Assembly: GCA_009602735.1 (NCBI GenBank)
Contig: WELA01003305.1
Coordinates: 881,524-914,333, forward strand
Direction: 5' to 3'
Origin: Mesotaenium endlicherianum
Lineage: Eukaryota
DNA: 32,810 nucleotides
Shown here one piece after another: positions 1-11,700 of the stretch; the first letter of the stretch is position 1, and every line of letters starts with the position of its first letter. The position numbers and the translations under genes were made by a program. The notes under the pieces are model-generated. The model saw only the letters and a program-made list of their open reading frames with translations. It ran no database searches and was not told where the DNA came from.

Positions 1-2515
1 CCCCCGTCTTTCATTCACTTTTTTGTTTTTATGAAAATATTTCTGGGTCAACCTGCCATTTCGTCCCTACAGATGAACCTTCCCACCTTAGACCTGAATG
101 CCGAGGCTCTCGAGTTTAGTGTTACATAAGCTTCTAAAGGCCGTGTGAGATGGGGCGGACATTTATCCAGCTGGAGGGTGCCTGTCTGAAATCTTGTGTC
201 CTACATAGACTATAGAGTGCAACAGAATATATCATATAATACACTTTGGGACCAGATGGGCACGCTATAGTGTGTGCCCATAATTCCTGTGTTTGGATAC
301 AAAAGAATTATAGTATCTATGTTTGTACATGTAGATACTTATACACATAGATGTATGTGTTCTTGTGTAACTTGTTTATTCATTATTTTCCGTGTCTCAC
401 ACCTCCGCTTCAAGCAGACTGCTTGAGCAGCCAGTACCGTGATGCTGAAAGGACACTGCCAATCCAGATTATAAATTGGGGTTCCTACGCCACCACTATG
501 CTGATTCTGATCATGCCCAACAGGTTCTCAGCTGAGGAGTTACTAGGCGCTTGGGCAGGCAACCCGCTGTAAACTTTCTGCTATTTAAAAGACCGAAAAT
601 AAATAGATAAATGAAAAGCCCATCGTGAATCTGCAGCACCCAAGCCTCTGATGATGACATGCCATCATCTCATTGCCTGGCCTGGGTGAAAAGGAGAAGA
701 GAGTACAGAAATCGATACGTTCAGATGATGACTACGAGTGCTCTAGTACCGCAGGAATGACGAGACATACCTGATCCAAAAATGGACGGAGATTATTAAG
801 ATCAAGCTGCTGCAAGGGGAACTGGACGAAGATGCCGAAAGAGACTGGCTGAAAGCCCACACGAGCAGAGAACGCATCCATGCTCTCAGCATTGTCGATG
901 TTCACGCCGAACCAAGCCCCGTGAAGAGGTTCAAGGGGTGCAAGAGCAGAAGCCATGGCCAGCCCTCCGAAAATCCAAATGGATCTGAGCAGGAAGACTC
1001 TACGAGTCAGGCCGGACACCATTCTCACTGATAGCAATCCTTTCTTCTACCGCTAAGTCCCTGAAAGGTTCGGGGGGCAGACCTACTACCGATTCACCCT
1101 TTATCAATAAAGCAATTCTGTCAGCGTCGATACCTGCCACCAGCAGTCAACAACGAAGGAGAAGTTTCCAGAACTTTGACAAATTCTAGCTAATTACTTT
1201 CTGCAGAGATGAAATCAGATTCCTCACAGCACATAAGACTCACCAGCTAAACACAGAATTCAAATAGGTGAGTCTACGGAGGCAAACATGCACAGCTGGA
1301 GAAAATCGTGCACTGTACATGTGCATGAGTACTTTTAAGAAGCAGAAAAATATTGGGAGCCAAAGCGAGGCACGTGGGTCCTTACATAGAGCAAAAGTAT
1401 GTGTTGGCTAGTCTTGGCCAATGATGATTGAGCTTGACTTTGACAGTCCTTTGTGGTCCTTCGGTCCAACTTGGTCATTTCCAGTTGGTCTACGAGCCTG
1501 CCCGAACCTCTGCGATCCACCCAATCTCAGCTCAATTGCCGTAAAAAAGGGACGTGTCAGTAGAGCTTGTGTACCTCTCGGGCACTTTTCGCATGTTCCT
1601 GCTCACCAATGTACCGCTTAGAAGAGCATTTTCCGCGCATTCAACAGATGTGAAGTTGTGAACAGATATGAACAGCTGTGAAGGCCAGGTGAAGGCATGC
1701 AGTTGTAACGTGGGGGCCCTGGGGAATGAATGTCCGAACTGGAACTTGAAACTTTCTGTTGATTGCCTTGGGTGCCCCTGCGACTCCCGCCCGTCCGCAG
1801 TTGTGTATACGTGTGTTCCAGTCTGCGTATACTCCAATCCGTCAATTTGCGTCAGACGCGTGCATCCCATTTTTTACATACATTCATTTATGCATATATG
1901 GGCCAGTTTACAGTGGCCAAATCGATGCCGAGTTGATTAATTGAAGAGTACTTCGCTGTTTCAAATTTAGCGCGATGAAACTGGTGTTTACAGTGGTGTC
2001 AAGGCGCGACGCGATTGATTGAAGTTTGTGAAGAATTTGATTGAACTTTCAAATCAAATTGCCTACATACTGTTCATGATACTTGGTTCTTCTGCTCCGC
2101 ATAGAATTAAAGAATATATTGAAAAAGAACAGAAAACACGATATTGAAAAAGAACAGAAAACACGCCTGATTATTGCTGTGTCTAACCGTAACGTGTGTA
2201 TATTCTTTATTTCTTCTTTACTATCCGCCTCGCATACTTGTTTAGAGCTTCATTTTCAATTAGCAATTAACAAAGGTTATTGTTTGATTATTTTATGTCA
2301 ACGATTATTTGTCCAGTAGCATTATACTACGTATGGTTGACAGTACTAACTTAATGTAAATATAAATATCAACACGACCAAAAATCGCATGATCAAACAT
2401 ACAACAACAATTCATCTACTACAGCTTTTGAATGCAAAATATTATACAAAGTATTGTAAAAAGTTACAAGATTGTATTAACATTGTACATACGCTTAAAG
2501 CCTTCAATCTATGCG

Positions 2516-3409
2516 CTACACCAAAATTTCTAAAAATAACAACATAGTACTATACACTAAAGACGCAAAGCTATCACCACCACGGCGGTGGAAGGCCCAA
2601 CACAGACGACAATGAGTTTGAGCATGCTTCATCGTTGCTCCGACCTTCAGGCACATAGTACCGAGGACGGGAATGTCTGCGATTGGTAAAAATACCAGGT
2701 GTACGTCCTCCAAAGTAACATCTGTCGGATGTAACATCATCTTCCACCAAGCCCTTCCCACTTCCCAATCAATTTTATTCCCCACTCGCTCCAACACAAT
2801 CATTCCTTGAGGGTAATACAATTCCGAATTTATCATTTTCAAAAGCACCTTATCCATATCCTTAAACAAAACGTCCCTCTTCAACCCATACACGAAGTAG
2901 AAGTACACCTTCTCTAAAATTTTGCTCGCTTGTATGCAAATACGGTTTTTGTCTTCAACTGCACCAAGGGCAAGAAATACCCTCTTCCCAGTCTCAATAT
3001 CGGCATCTGAAACACACTTTCTCGCAAGCATAAAATCGCTCCTAAGACCCATCTCTTTCGTGCAATATCCCACCACCCCTATGAACGTGTGCAAACCCTT
3101 CTGTGACAACAACCTCGTTAATACTGAAATTCCTGAACCGCATGCATTGTTCCTATTGCCTGCTTGGTTACTCCAGCCCATAAACCTCTTGATGTCCTTC
3201 GTTACAACAGCGGCACTACCCAAACGAACCTGTAAAACCCCTTGAGCATGCAAGTGCAAAGCTACCCCACCCCTCTCACGAGCAAATAATCCTCTAACAA
3301 TATAATCTTGGCCAAGGTACCTCTCCAACTTGTGCATCTCCACTTCAGTTATGTCTCCTCCGCTTCTCGATATGGTGACGGAGACATCGATTGGCGCGCG
3401 CGCTTGCAC
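2516..3409 (-). pseudogene. Replitron-type HUH endonuclease (Rep, single catalytic Tyr), probably frameshifted
   Basis: Rolling-circle motifs in order: I DVSVTI, II ERGGVALHLHAQG (HUH), III GLHTFIGVVGYCTK (YxxK), followed by a helical C-terminal region. No ATG start. It joins upstream ORF 3349-3636 if 2 nt are removed from the (CG)n run near 3394-3403. Confidence 0.8.
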
Positions 3410-3620
3410 GCCATCATCGCCACTTGAAGCCCCTCCCTCGCCTTTAGGATGCTCACTTGGACCTTGATGCCTTCTTCTTCAAACATTGCGGCATGACTCC
3501 AAGTCCCCTCCGACCGCACCACCCCCGTCGGGCTCCTCACCACCACATGCACTTCGATAACGTCTCCGACTTTGAACGATTGCGTCAATGTTGTCATTAC
3601 GACCCCTTGCCCTAGCCAAT
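3404..3620 (-). pseudogene. upstream coding segment of the HUH transposase gene
   Basis: Open frame DWLGQGVVMTTLTQSFKVGDVIEVHVVVRS...LQVAMMACK, preceded by a candidate intron 3621-3732 (GAAG|GTAATG...TTTTGCAG|). Confidence 0.5.
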
Positions 3621-3960
3621 CTGCAAAATCTCCCAAAAAAAATACATGACTTCAATTAAATGAACAAATTCAACACCCACTCTTCACTCTCCAGTATACC
3701 AACACAACTTAGGAAACAAAAAACATCATTACCTTCGAAGGGACATGCAATTTTTCCTACAAACCCACTGTGAAAGTGACTGAAGCTAAAGATATGGCAT
3801 CTGTTCTTCAATTTGTGCTCTCTGCCAAACTCATCGGACTTCTTTGCTCAGCTGATTATCTTCCTTGTTCACCAAAGCGAAACACACTAAGTCAAACGCA
3901 AAAAAATCCAAGTCGAACATGCACATGCTAAAATCCACATCCGAAAACTCCACGACCCAT

Positions 3961-4190
3961 TTCACATGACTTCACACTATTTCTACTTACTTAATTGTCA
4001 AATAAAAAGAAAGTCAACGCAAATAACACGAACGAAGTTTCGACACATACTCACGATCTCGTGACCGCTCATGACACTTCACATGACTTCATATTTTTTG
4101 GTACAGAATCTTTCAAATCGAAAGACACTCAAGGACAAGCGAAGTAGCACTTTCTCGCCACATGCTCACAATCTCGTGACCGCCCGTCAC
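3961..4190. repeat. diverged ~117 bp tandem duplication
   Basis: TTCACATGACTTCA at 3961 and 4078. CTCAC(G/A)ATCTCGTGACCGC near 4050 and 4165. Confidence 0.7.
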
Positions 4191-4588
4191 ATCGCCAAAC
4201 TTCCATCACCTTACTTCGTTTTGCAACACCGAACCAATGGCCGCATGGTCATTCACGTCAGATCATGCTTTGGTCACATGCACCTAACTTCAATCTCACA
4301 TCGACACTTACTCTCGACCCTTCGTTTCTCGGGGCGGCATTTTACTACGTATATGCAAAGAATTAGCAATTATCGAAACCCACACAAGTGAATCGAAAAT
4401 CGTTTGATGCCGAGTCCAAATCGACGACATTGGACCATACATTAAAACCGATTTCAAAATCATGATACGAACCATTGAACACTAAACCAAACTAAACGAC
4501 CCCAGGGGGCCCGGTCAATACGGGCAGCCTACACCCTAATTGGATCCGCCCGTGGTCGTTCTCCGCCTCGCATACTGGATCTTTATGC

Positions 4589-7500
4589 TCTACATACTGG
4601 ATCGATACCCAATTTCAACATTGTGGGGAGGCGACCAAGCGACCCCAAACGACACCGTGCAGCAACGAATTCGAAACGACTAAATGACAAAAGGCAGGCA
4701 TCGACGCCATAAATCCACGAAGCACGAATTTGCTAAAGTGAATCAAAAGTTTATTGCAAAGCAGCCGCCTCTCTGAACATCGCGAGAGTCTACAACAACG
4801 CATCTGCTACAGTGCAGAAGACAGCATCAAGCAACCAATTTGTAAAAAGCGTGCATCTCCATATCAGGGACAGTAGGAAGAAGCACGCCTTGAAAAGAAA
4901 CTCGCCTGAGCCGCTCTTCCTCTCCAGCCTCTCTCCTCTCCTTCAGCCATGGCGGCCTTTAACGTACTGCCCAGCCCCATCCCCATCCTTCCCACTCCTT
5001 TTATGCAAAAGAAGCACGCTTTCGTAAGAGCCCACACCCGCGACCTCGTTATCACTGTTGTTAACACGCCTAGTGAGTGCAAGACGAGGCGAATTCAGGC
5101 CAAGCCTCGCCACACTTCTGCCAAGCCAAATTTGTGTGACGAAAAATGAGGTAAGGGTATGGCGCAGCTCCACTAATGGGGCGCTGCTTCAATTCGTCAA
5201 TAGGGAAATGTCACTTACAGCCGTCTGTTTCTGCATCGCTGTCTTCCAGCCTCTACTTGAATCCGACTGTACCTGCATCAATACAATCCTGACTTGAAGG
5301 CGCTCGTCCTGCCTTCCAGCCGCCCGTAGCTCACACAATTTCGTCGCGAGAGGTCGACTTCAGTCGCACGCAAAATGTGTTGTCGTCCGACTTGCACACG
5401 TTCGCGAGGAGTCGCTCAGGGTCGCGACAAGGTCGCGTTGAGCCAAAACCACAAACCGTTGCGGGATACTCATGGTGAATTCGAACATTGAACGGACATT
5501 GTGATCGGGAGACGAGACACCATCCACCAATCAACCTCAGACGACATCGACCAGCGACAAAATCGAAACGACTAAATGAAAAAAAACAACAAACCCACAA
5601 AGCAGGATGGAATATTATATCGCGGCACTACGCGCGGCCAAGCAACACTAGGCAGGCTCGACACAACTCACCTCGCTCCGGCGCGCCCCCCGCTCCCCCG
5701 CCTCCCCCCAACGCCCATGGCCACGGCCCCTCGATCGCCACTGCACAGCACAAAACAGCAAACAAATGAGTTCAAATGACCATTTCGACGCCCACACCGA
5801 GAATTTATGGTGCGCCGGTCCGGCGCACTCGGAGCGTGCATCGACCCCGACCCAGTCCGACGTGTTCGAAGGCACTCGGACACGTCGGACGACCCAGCGT
5901 CCGACCCCGAAATCCCACGCGCAAGCGCGGACGTGTCACTCAGCTCGCACAATTCGTTCGCCCGAGGTCGCCGTAGTCGCGCGCAAAATATGTTGTCGTC
6001 CGGCTCGCACGCGCTTGCAAGGCGTCGCGCACGGTCGCGCTGGGGCAAATTCGGTCCGTCGCAGGGCCCCGCGACCGATCGCACGCAGACCACAAACCCT
6101 TGGATCTACATACTTGGATCGATACCCAATTTCAACATTGTGGGGAGGCGAGGAAATGCCACCCACCAAGCAACCCCAAACGACACCGTGCAGCGACAAA
6201 ATCAAAACGACTAAACGACAAAAGGCAGGCATCGACGCCATAAACCCACGAAGCACAAATTTGCAAAGTGAATCGAAAGTCTACCGCAAAAGCAGCCGTC
6301 TCTCTGAACATCGCGAGAGCCTACTACAGCGCATCTGCTACAATGCAGAAGAAAGCATCAAAGCAACCAATTTATAAAACGCGTTCATCTCTACGTCAGG
6401 GACAGTAGGAAGAAGCACGCCTTGAAAAAGAAACTCGCCTGAGCCGCTCTTCCTCTCCCAGCCTCTCTCCTCTCCTTTTAGCCATGGCGGCCTTGAACGT
6501 ACTGCCCAGCCCCATCCCCCATCCTTTCCACTGCTTTTCTGCAAAAGAAGCACGCTTTCATCAGAGCGCCCACACCCGCGACCTCGTTATCACTGTTGTT
6601 AACACGCCTAGTGAGTGCAAGAGGAGGCGAATTCAGGCCAAGCCTCGCCACACTTCTGCCAAGCCGAATTCGTGTGACAAAAAATTAGGTAAGGGTATGG
6701 CGCAACTCCACTCATGGGGCGCTGCTTCAATCCGTCACTAGTGAAATGTCACTTACAGCCGCTCGTACCTGCATCGCTGCCTTCCAGCCTCTACTTAAGT
6801 CCGACTGTACTTGCATCGATACAATCCTGACTTGGAAAGTGCTCGTCCTGCCTTCCAGCCGCCCGTAGCTCGCTCAATTTTGTCGCGAGAGGTCCACTTC
6901 AGTCGCACGCAAAATGTGTTGTCGTCCGACTCGCACACGTTCGCGAAGAGTCGCTCAGGGTCGCGTCAAGGTCGCGCTGAGCCAAACTCGGCCCGTCGCA
7001 GGGCCCCGCGACCGATCGCACGCAAACCACAAACCGCTGCGGGATACTGGATCATGGTGATTTTGAACATTGAACGGACATTGTGGGGAGGCAACGAGAC
7101 GCCATCCACCAAGCGACCTCAGACGACATCGACCAGCGATAAAATTGAAACAACTAAATGACCAAAAAACAATAAACCCACAAAGCAAGATGGAATATTA
7201 CATCGCGGCACTACGCGCGGCCAAGCAACACTAGGCAGGCTCGACACAACTTACCTCGCTCCGGCGCCCCCCGCTCCCCCGCCTCCCCCCAACGCCCATG
7301 GCCACGGCCCCTCGGTCGCCACTGCACAGCACAAATCAGCAAAAAAATGAGTTCAAATGACCATTTCGACGCCCACACCGAGAATTTATGATGCGCCGGT
7401 CCGGCGCACTCGGAGCGTGCATCGACTCCAACCCAGTCCGACGTGTTCGAAGGCACTCGGACACGTCGGACGACCCAGCGTCCGACCCCAAAAACCCACG

Positions 7501-7678
7501 CGCAAGCGCGGACGCGTCACTCAGCTCGCACAATTCGTTCGAGCGAGGTCGCTGTCAGTCGCGCGCAAAAAGTGTTGTCGTCCGGCTCGCACAAGCTCAG
7601 GAGGCGTCGCGCACGGTCGCGCTGAGGCATACTCGGCCCGTCGCAGGGCCCCGCGACCGATCGCACGCAGACCACAAA
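4589..7678. repeat. two diverged tandem copies of a ~1.5 kb unit (4589-6104 and 6105-7678)
   Basis: Both copies start TCTACATAC(T)TGGATCGATACCCAATTTCAACATTGTGGGGAGGCGA and end CGACCGATCGCACGCAGACCACAAA. They are colinear with substitutions and small indels. An internal ~250 bp module recurs near 5330, 5940, 6870 and 7520. Confidence 0.92.
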
Positions 7679-7857
7679 TCGTTGCATGATACATACATAC
7701 ATACTCGTTCAATGTTATCGTCCCCTCACAGACCCGCAGAACGATTGCGACAAATTAAGGCGTCAAAACAGCGCGAACGCCGTCGACGCTCGAAGTCGAT
7801 GCTAACGACCCTACCTCCCTCCCTCCCTCCACCATGCCTCCTCCCCCTTAACCCCTC

Positions 7858-8443
7858 TGTAAGGTCATAGGTTTATAAAGTGCATTTTTGATTTTCATGA
7901 AAGTATGTTTTGATTGTATAGTAGTATACAATGCATTTTTTTGGTCATTTTGATATAAAGTTCATCGAATTTGGTCAAGTATTGAGAGGGTTATGGATTT
8001 CCGAAGTTTAATTAGTTTTGAGGTCGGTTGACGACTGTCGCGGTGAGCGCGACCGTCGGATTGACCGACAGGGTCGAGCGATCTGGCCCGTTCGAATGAA
8101 CTCGAACCTTCACGTAAGTTCGGCTGACGCGGAGGGCCGACTAGGTCGATTTACCTAGAAGTTTCGGTTTAGCCTAGCGCGTCTAAGATAGAATATCCTA
8201 GTAACGTCGATGCATGTATGTGCACGTCAATTCGGCTCGACACGTCAGATTAGACTGATCTGGCTTACTCACGAATATTCTGGAAGGGACGATTTGACGA
8301 ACACTTAGGAAAATCCGTAGCTTCCTCCTAGGGAGGAGCACTTAGGCAGAAAATTATAAATAGGCATAACTTCTTTGTTTCTTATCAGTTTTCACTTTTG
8401 TAAGTTTCTACGGGTTTGTAATGACAAGGCCTTTTATCCTACA
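7858..8443 (+). mobile_element. possible LTR fragment or solo LTR
   Basis: Abrupt compositional switch starting TGTAAGG, a TATA box (TATAAATAGG near 8355) followed by a T-rich tract, and an imperfect inverted end CCTACA near 8438-8443. No target-site duplication found. Confidence 0.3.
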
Positions 8444-9667
8444 TCATTTGTGAGCAGTTTCTTGCTACTCAAAATGTTGAGTATTTTTCCTAAGCTTTGT
8501 TATTGATATGCCGCTGCACTCTCCAGTATGATTGCAACTAGTTCCTTTCCTCGTGAGTCACTACGCTTCCACTAGGGCACTCTGCCCCTTTCACCCTCTC
8601 TCTCTCTAACACCCTCATAACTGGCAGGCGGCCATGGCCGCTTGCAACGACGAGCGGCCATGGCTGCCCAGCAGTAGGCGCTCCCAACCTTTCCACCCCA
8701 CGAACCCTTCTAGCAAGGAAGAGCGCCCACTCCCACGACCCCATGGCGGGCTACCTCGCGGCCCAGGCGAGGCTCCTCCTCGCTCCTCCTCGCCATGGCC
8801 GCTCACGGAAAGCGCCCTAAGGACGCACTCCTTGAGCGAAAGCGAAGAGGAATAAGTTATGGCCAAGGCCTAATTTATGGCGGTCGCAAAAGGGCGGGCC
8901 ACGCTGGGGCCGCAGAGAGAAAGCGTTCACGACAAACGCTTTCGCGTGGCAAATCTTCAATTTTGAACGCATACGGGCCAGCGCTCACACGAGCGAGAGC
9001 CCTTACTGATTTCCCCCTCACAAGAGTTACGTGAAGGGCGCATTACTGACGACAAAAAACTACCATACATACTGGTTCCAATCAATCGACCTCGCCTTTT
9101 CAATTTTGCTCTCGAGCAGAATTGAAATTTTGGAATGTGTTCGACCCCTCGAATGACCCCTCCTCGACAACCACCCGATCGACAAGGACTGTCGGTATTA
9201 GGTAGGGGAATCAAATGAGGATGTACCCGTGGAGTACTTATTTTTTTTGCTAACGATTTCGGGACGACAAGGAGTAGAGAAAAAAATATTCGCGTCCACC
9301 AAGTTTCTACACTCAGCATTCGTCTCTGAACCCATCGCCACATGATCATAGGGCTGTAAGCACGCAAGAAAGCTAGCTAACTCTCTCTTACCTGAAATAT
9401 TTTTAATGCGCTGGTGCGTCGATGACAGGATGCAGGGCGCTTTTGTGGAACGGTACATATGGATACTGTGTTAGTCCTCCCTCGCTATTCGGGAGCTGCC
9501 AATACAATAGTTGCTACTGCATTCAACAGGCTATAATGTATGTTAAAAGTTATGTTCGCGGCTGGTGATGATGTGAGGCTTCGGCACCCAAAGGTCAAAT
9601 TTTAAGAGTAAGATGAACGGTGCACCATGTTAAAATATTTTTTGTGAGGTCTGACCGAACCCGGAAA

Positions 9668-10480
9668 TTACGCAGAGACAAAATCCACACGACCATTATA
9701 TCTCTTAGAGCCTTGACACTCAATAGAGAGATGGCCAAGTTGACCACAATTGTAGCAATAGATCTGGCGTCCATTCTTATTGTAGCCTGCCTGGTGAACC
9801 TCTGGCTTTTCCGTTTCGGAGCTTCTTCTTGTATTTTCATTTTTGTGCTCTGGCAAAGCGCATCAAGATCCTCCTTTTCAGGCTCCTTTTCATTTTTGGC
9901 TCATTTTCCGAGAGCTTTATTGACCACAAGCCATGTATACTATTCTGCCGGCCAGATGATTTTCTTACGGAAGGCTATGACAGCGATTCAAGCTGCTAGG
10001 TGTCTACCTGTGTAGGTGTAATTACCGTTGTTGAGGGCGGCTTGGGCCTGCAGGGTGGCCTCCTCCAACTCATTGCAGTACTTCAACTGGATCATGTCGG
10101 CCTTGTCTTTTTCCTCTTTGAGCCTTTTGACCTCCCTTGCAAGTTGATCTATGCGAGAATTGTCGTCGCTGCTTGTTCTCTTATTATTGTCCTGCTTCCT
10201 ATCTACTGTCAAGATCTACAGGATATGAGCCATCGTGTACATCTTCTGAGTGAGCTCTTGTATTTGAAAATTGAGTGTGTGGTTCTGGAACGAACGCCCT
10301 AGCCGCATCAAGCTGGGAAGGATCCTATTGCTTTTGAGAGTTGAGTTCGGCAACTATTTTCTCCTGTGCTGCTTGTAACAATCTTTCCTTGTCTTCATCT
10401 GACAGATTCTCAAAACTACCAGCAAAATGATTATTGAGTGGAGCCTTGCCTTTATCAACGGTACCTTCACCTGCAGGTTT
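9668..10480 (-). pseudogene. decayed gag-like retroelement ORF with CCHC zinc knuckle
   Basis: CYNCGQLGHLSIEC (CX2CX4HX4C) at 9716-9757. Upstream are a coiled-coil-like segment SRIDQLAREVKRLKEEKDK and a VDKGKAP motif, interrupted by stops and frameshifts. No pol domains seen. Confidence 0.6.
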
Positions 10481-11159
10481 TACCCGTGAGGCTCCGGGGT
10501 CGACTTATTGGCCCGAGAGCAACACCATGCAATTGGACAAGACATGCTTTCTTACCAGCTGCTGCAGCCTCCCTGACATGAACAGTGGTGGCTGCGAGAA
10601 GAGATCTAGTGGCAGTGCTTTGCTATTCTGCACAGCAATGGTTAAAATGAAAATATGCATTCATTTAGGTATTGCTAGGTAGGTATGCAATCAGTGCTAT
10701 CAATTTGACTATTGGATAGAAAGCGCGGGCATTTGCTCGCACATTAATTAATGCATCTATTTCATATGTCACAAATCGTGTTCTGAGACATATCTGTCAA
10801 GGCATATCTGTTTTGAGACATATCTGTTATTATGCTTAAAACTGCAATTTTATACCTCGTGTGTATTGTGTCACGTTGTCCTGTTGACCACTCCTTCCAC
10901 CTTTGTTGACCGACTTGAATGTCCTTAGTCCACTTTGATGTACGCGTGCATCCCAAACCGCGTAGCAACATACGATAGCAAACCATAGACTAGAGGAGTT
11001 GGTATGGGTTACGAAGTGGTACGAAGTGAGCGTTAAGTCGCAGCGTATGCTTGATGGTCAAGGTCCGCCAAGAGAGTTGACGTGGTAGTACGATAGAGGC
11101 GTTGCGATTAGAAGCCGTAGGTGTGCCATTGTTCTGCGGACCACAATTTGGCAAAATTG

Positions 11160-11700
11160 ATGGCTTTTCCGCGTACCAATACTTCATGAGATATCAGTAC
11201 TTCCGCGTACCATAACTTCATGAGATATTTAAGTATTTCTGCAGCAAACTACTGGTGCATACAAGTCACTATTTCCACGTACAAGTGTTTCATGAGACAT
11301 TTCAGTATTTTTGCGTACCATAATCTCATGACATACGAATAAGTGCCACTTTTTCAAAAAAAATCAATCGGTATTTTTGCGTACTGCAGTACTTTATGAA
11401 AATAAGTCAATGTAACCGTGTACAAGCAATTCATGATATATGTTATGCGTACCACTACTTTCAAACATACAAGTCAGTATTTTCGTGTACAACTACTTTG
11501 TGAGATACAAGTCGTTGTTTTCCGGGTACCGGTATTTCGTGACATACGAGTATTTCTCGTACTACTCTTTTGAGAGACCTTATCAATATTTCCGCGTACC
11601 ACCACCTTCATAATACTAAGTAGTACTTCCGCGTACCACAATCCCAAGAAAGTTACAAAGTGGTCAATATTTCTTCGTGAATGAATTTTCACAAGTGGGC
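11160..11700 (+). repeat. degenerate minisatellite, ~34 bp monomer, core TTCCGCGTACCA
   Basis: TTCCGCGTACCA at 11167, 11201, ~11590 and ~11627, with many degenerate GTAC-centred copies and CATGAGA(T/C)AT between them. Confidence 0.8.

Larger units (their letters stand above)
1917..4424 (-). mobile_element. Replitron-like HUH-endonuclease transposon, decayed; boundaries tentative
   Basis: Contains a Y1 HUH Rep ORF (2516-3409) with no helicase. Short direct repeats flank it: CCAAATCGA at 1917-1925 and 4416-4424, GATGCCGAGT at 1924-1933 and 4406-4415. Confidence 0.55.

Noticed and set aside
2117..2165. Short tandem duplication TATTGAAAAAGAACAGAAAACACG
   Set aside because: Ordinary local slippage with no further structure.
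2516..3409. Helitron or endogenous CRESS virus
   Set aside because: Single-Tyr motif III, no PIF1 or SF3 helicase motifs and no capsid ORF.
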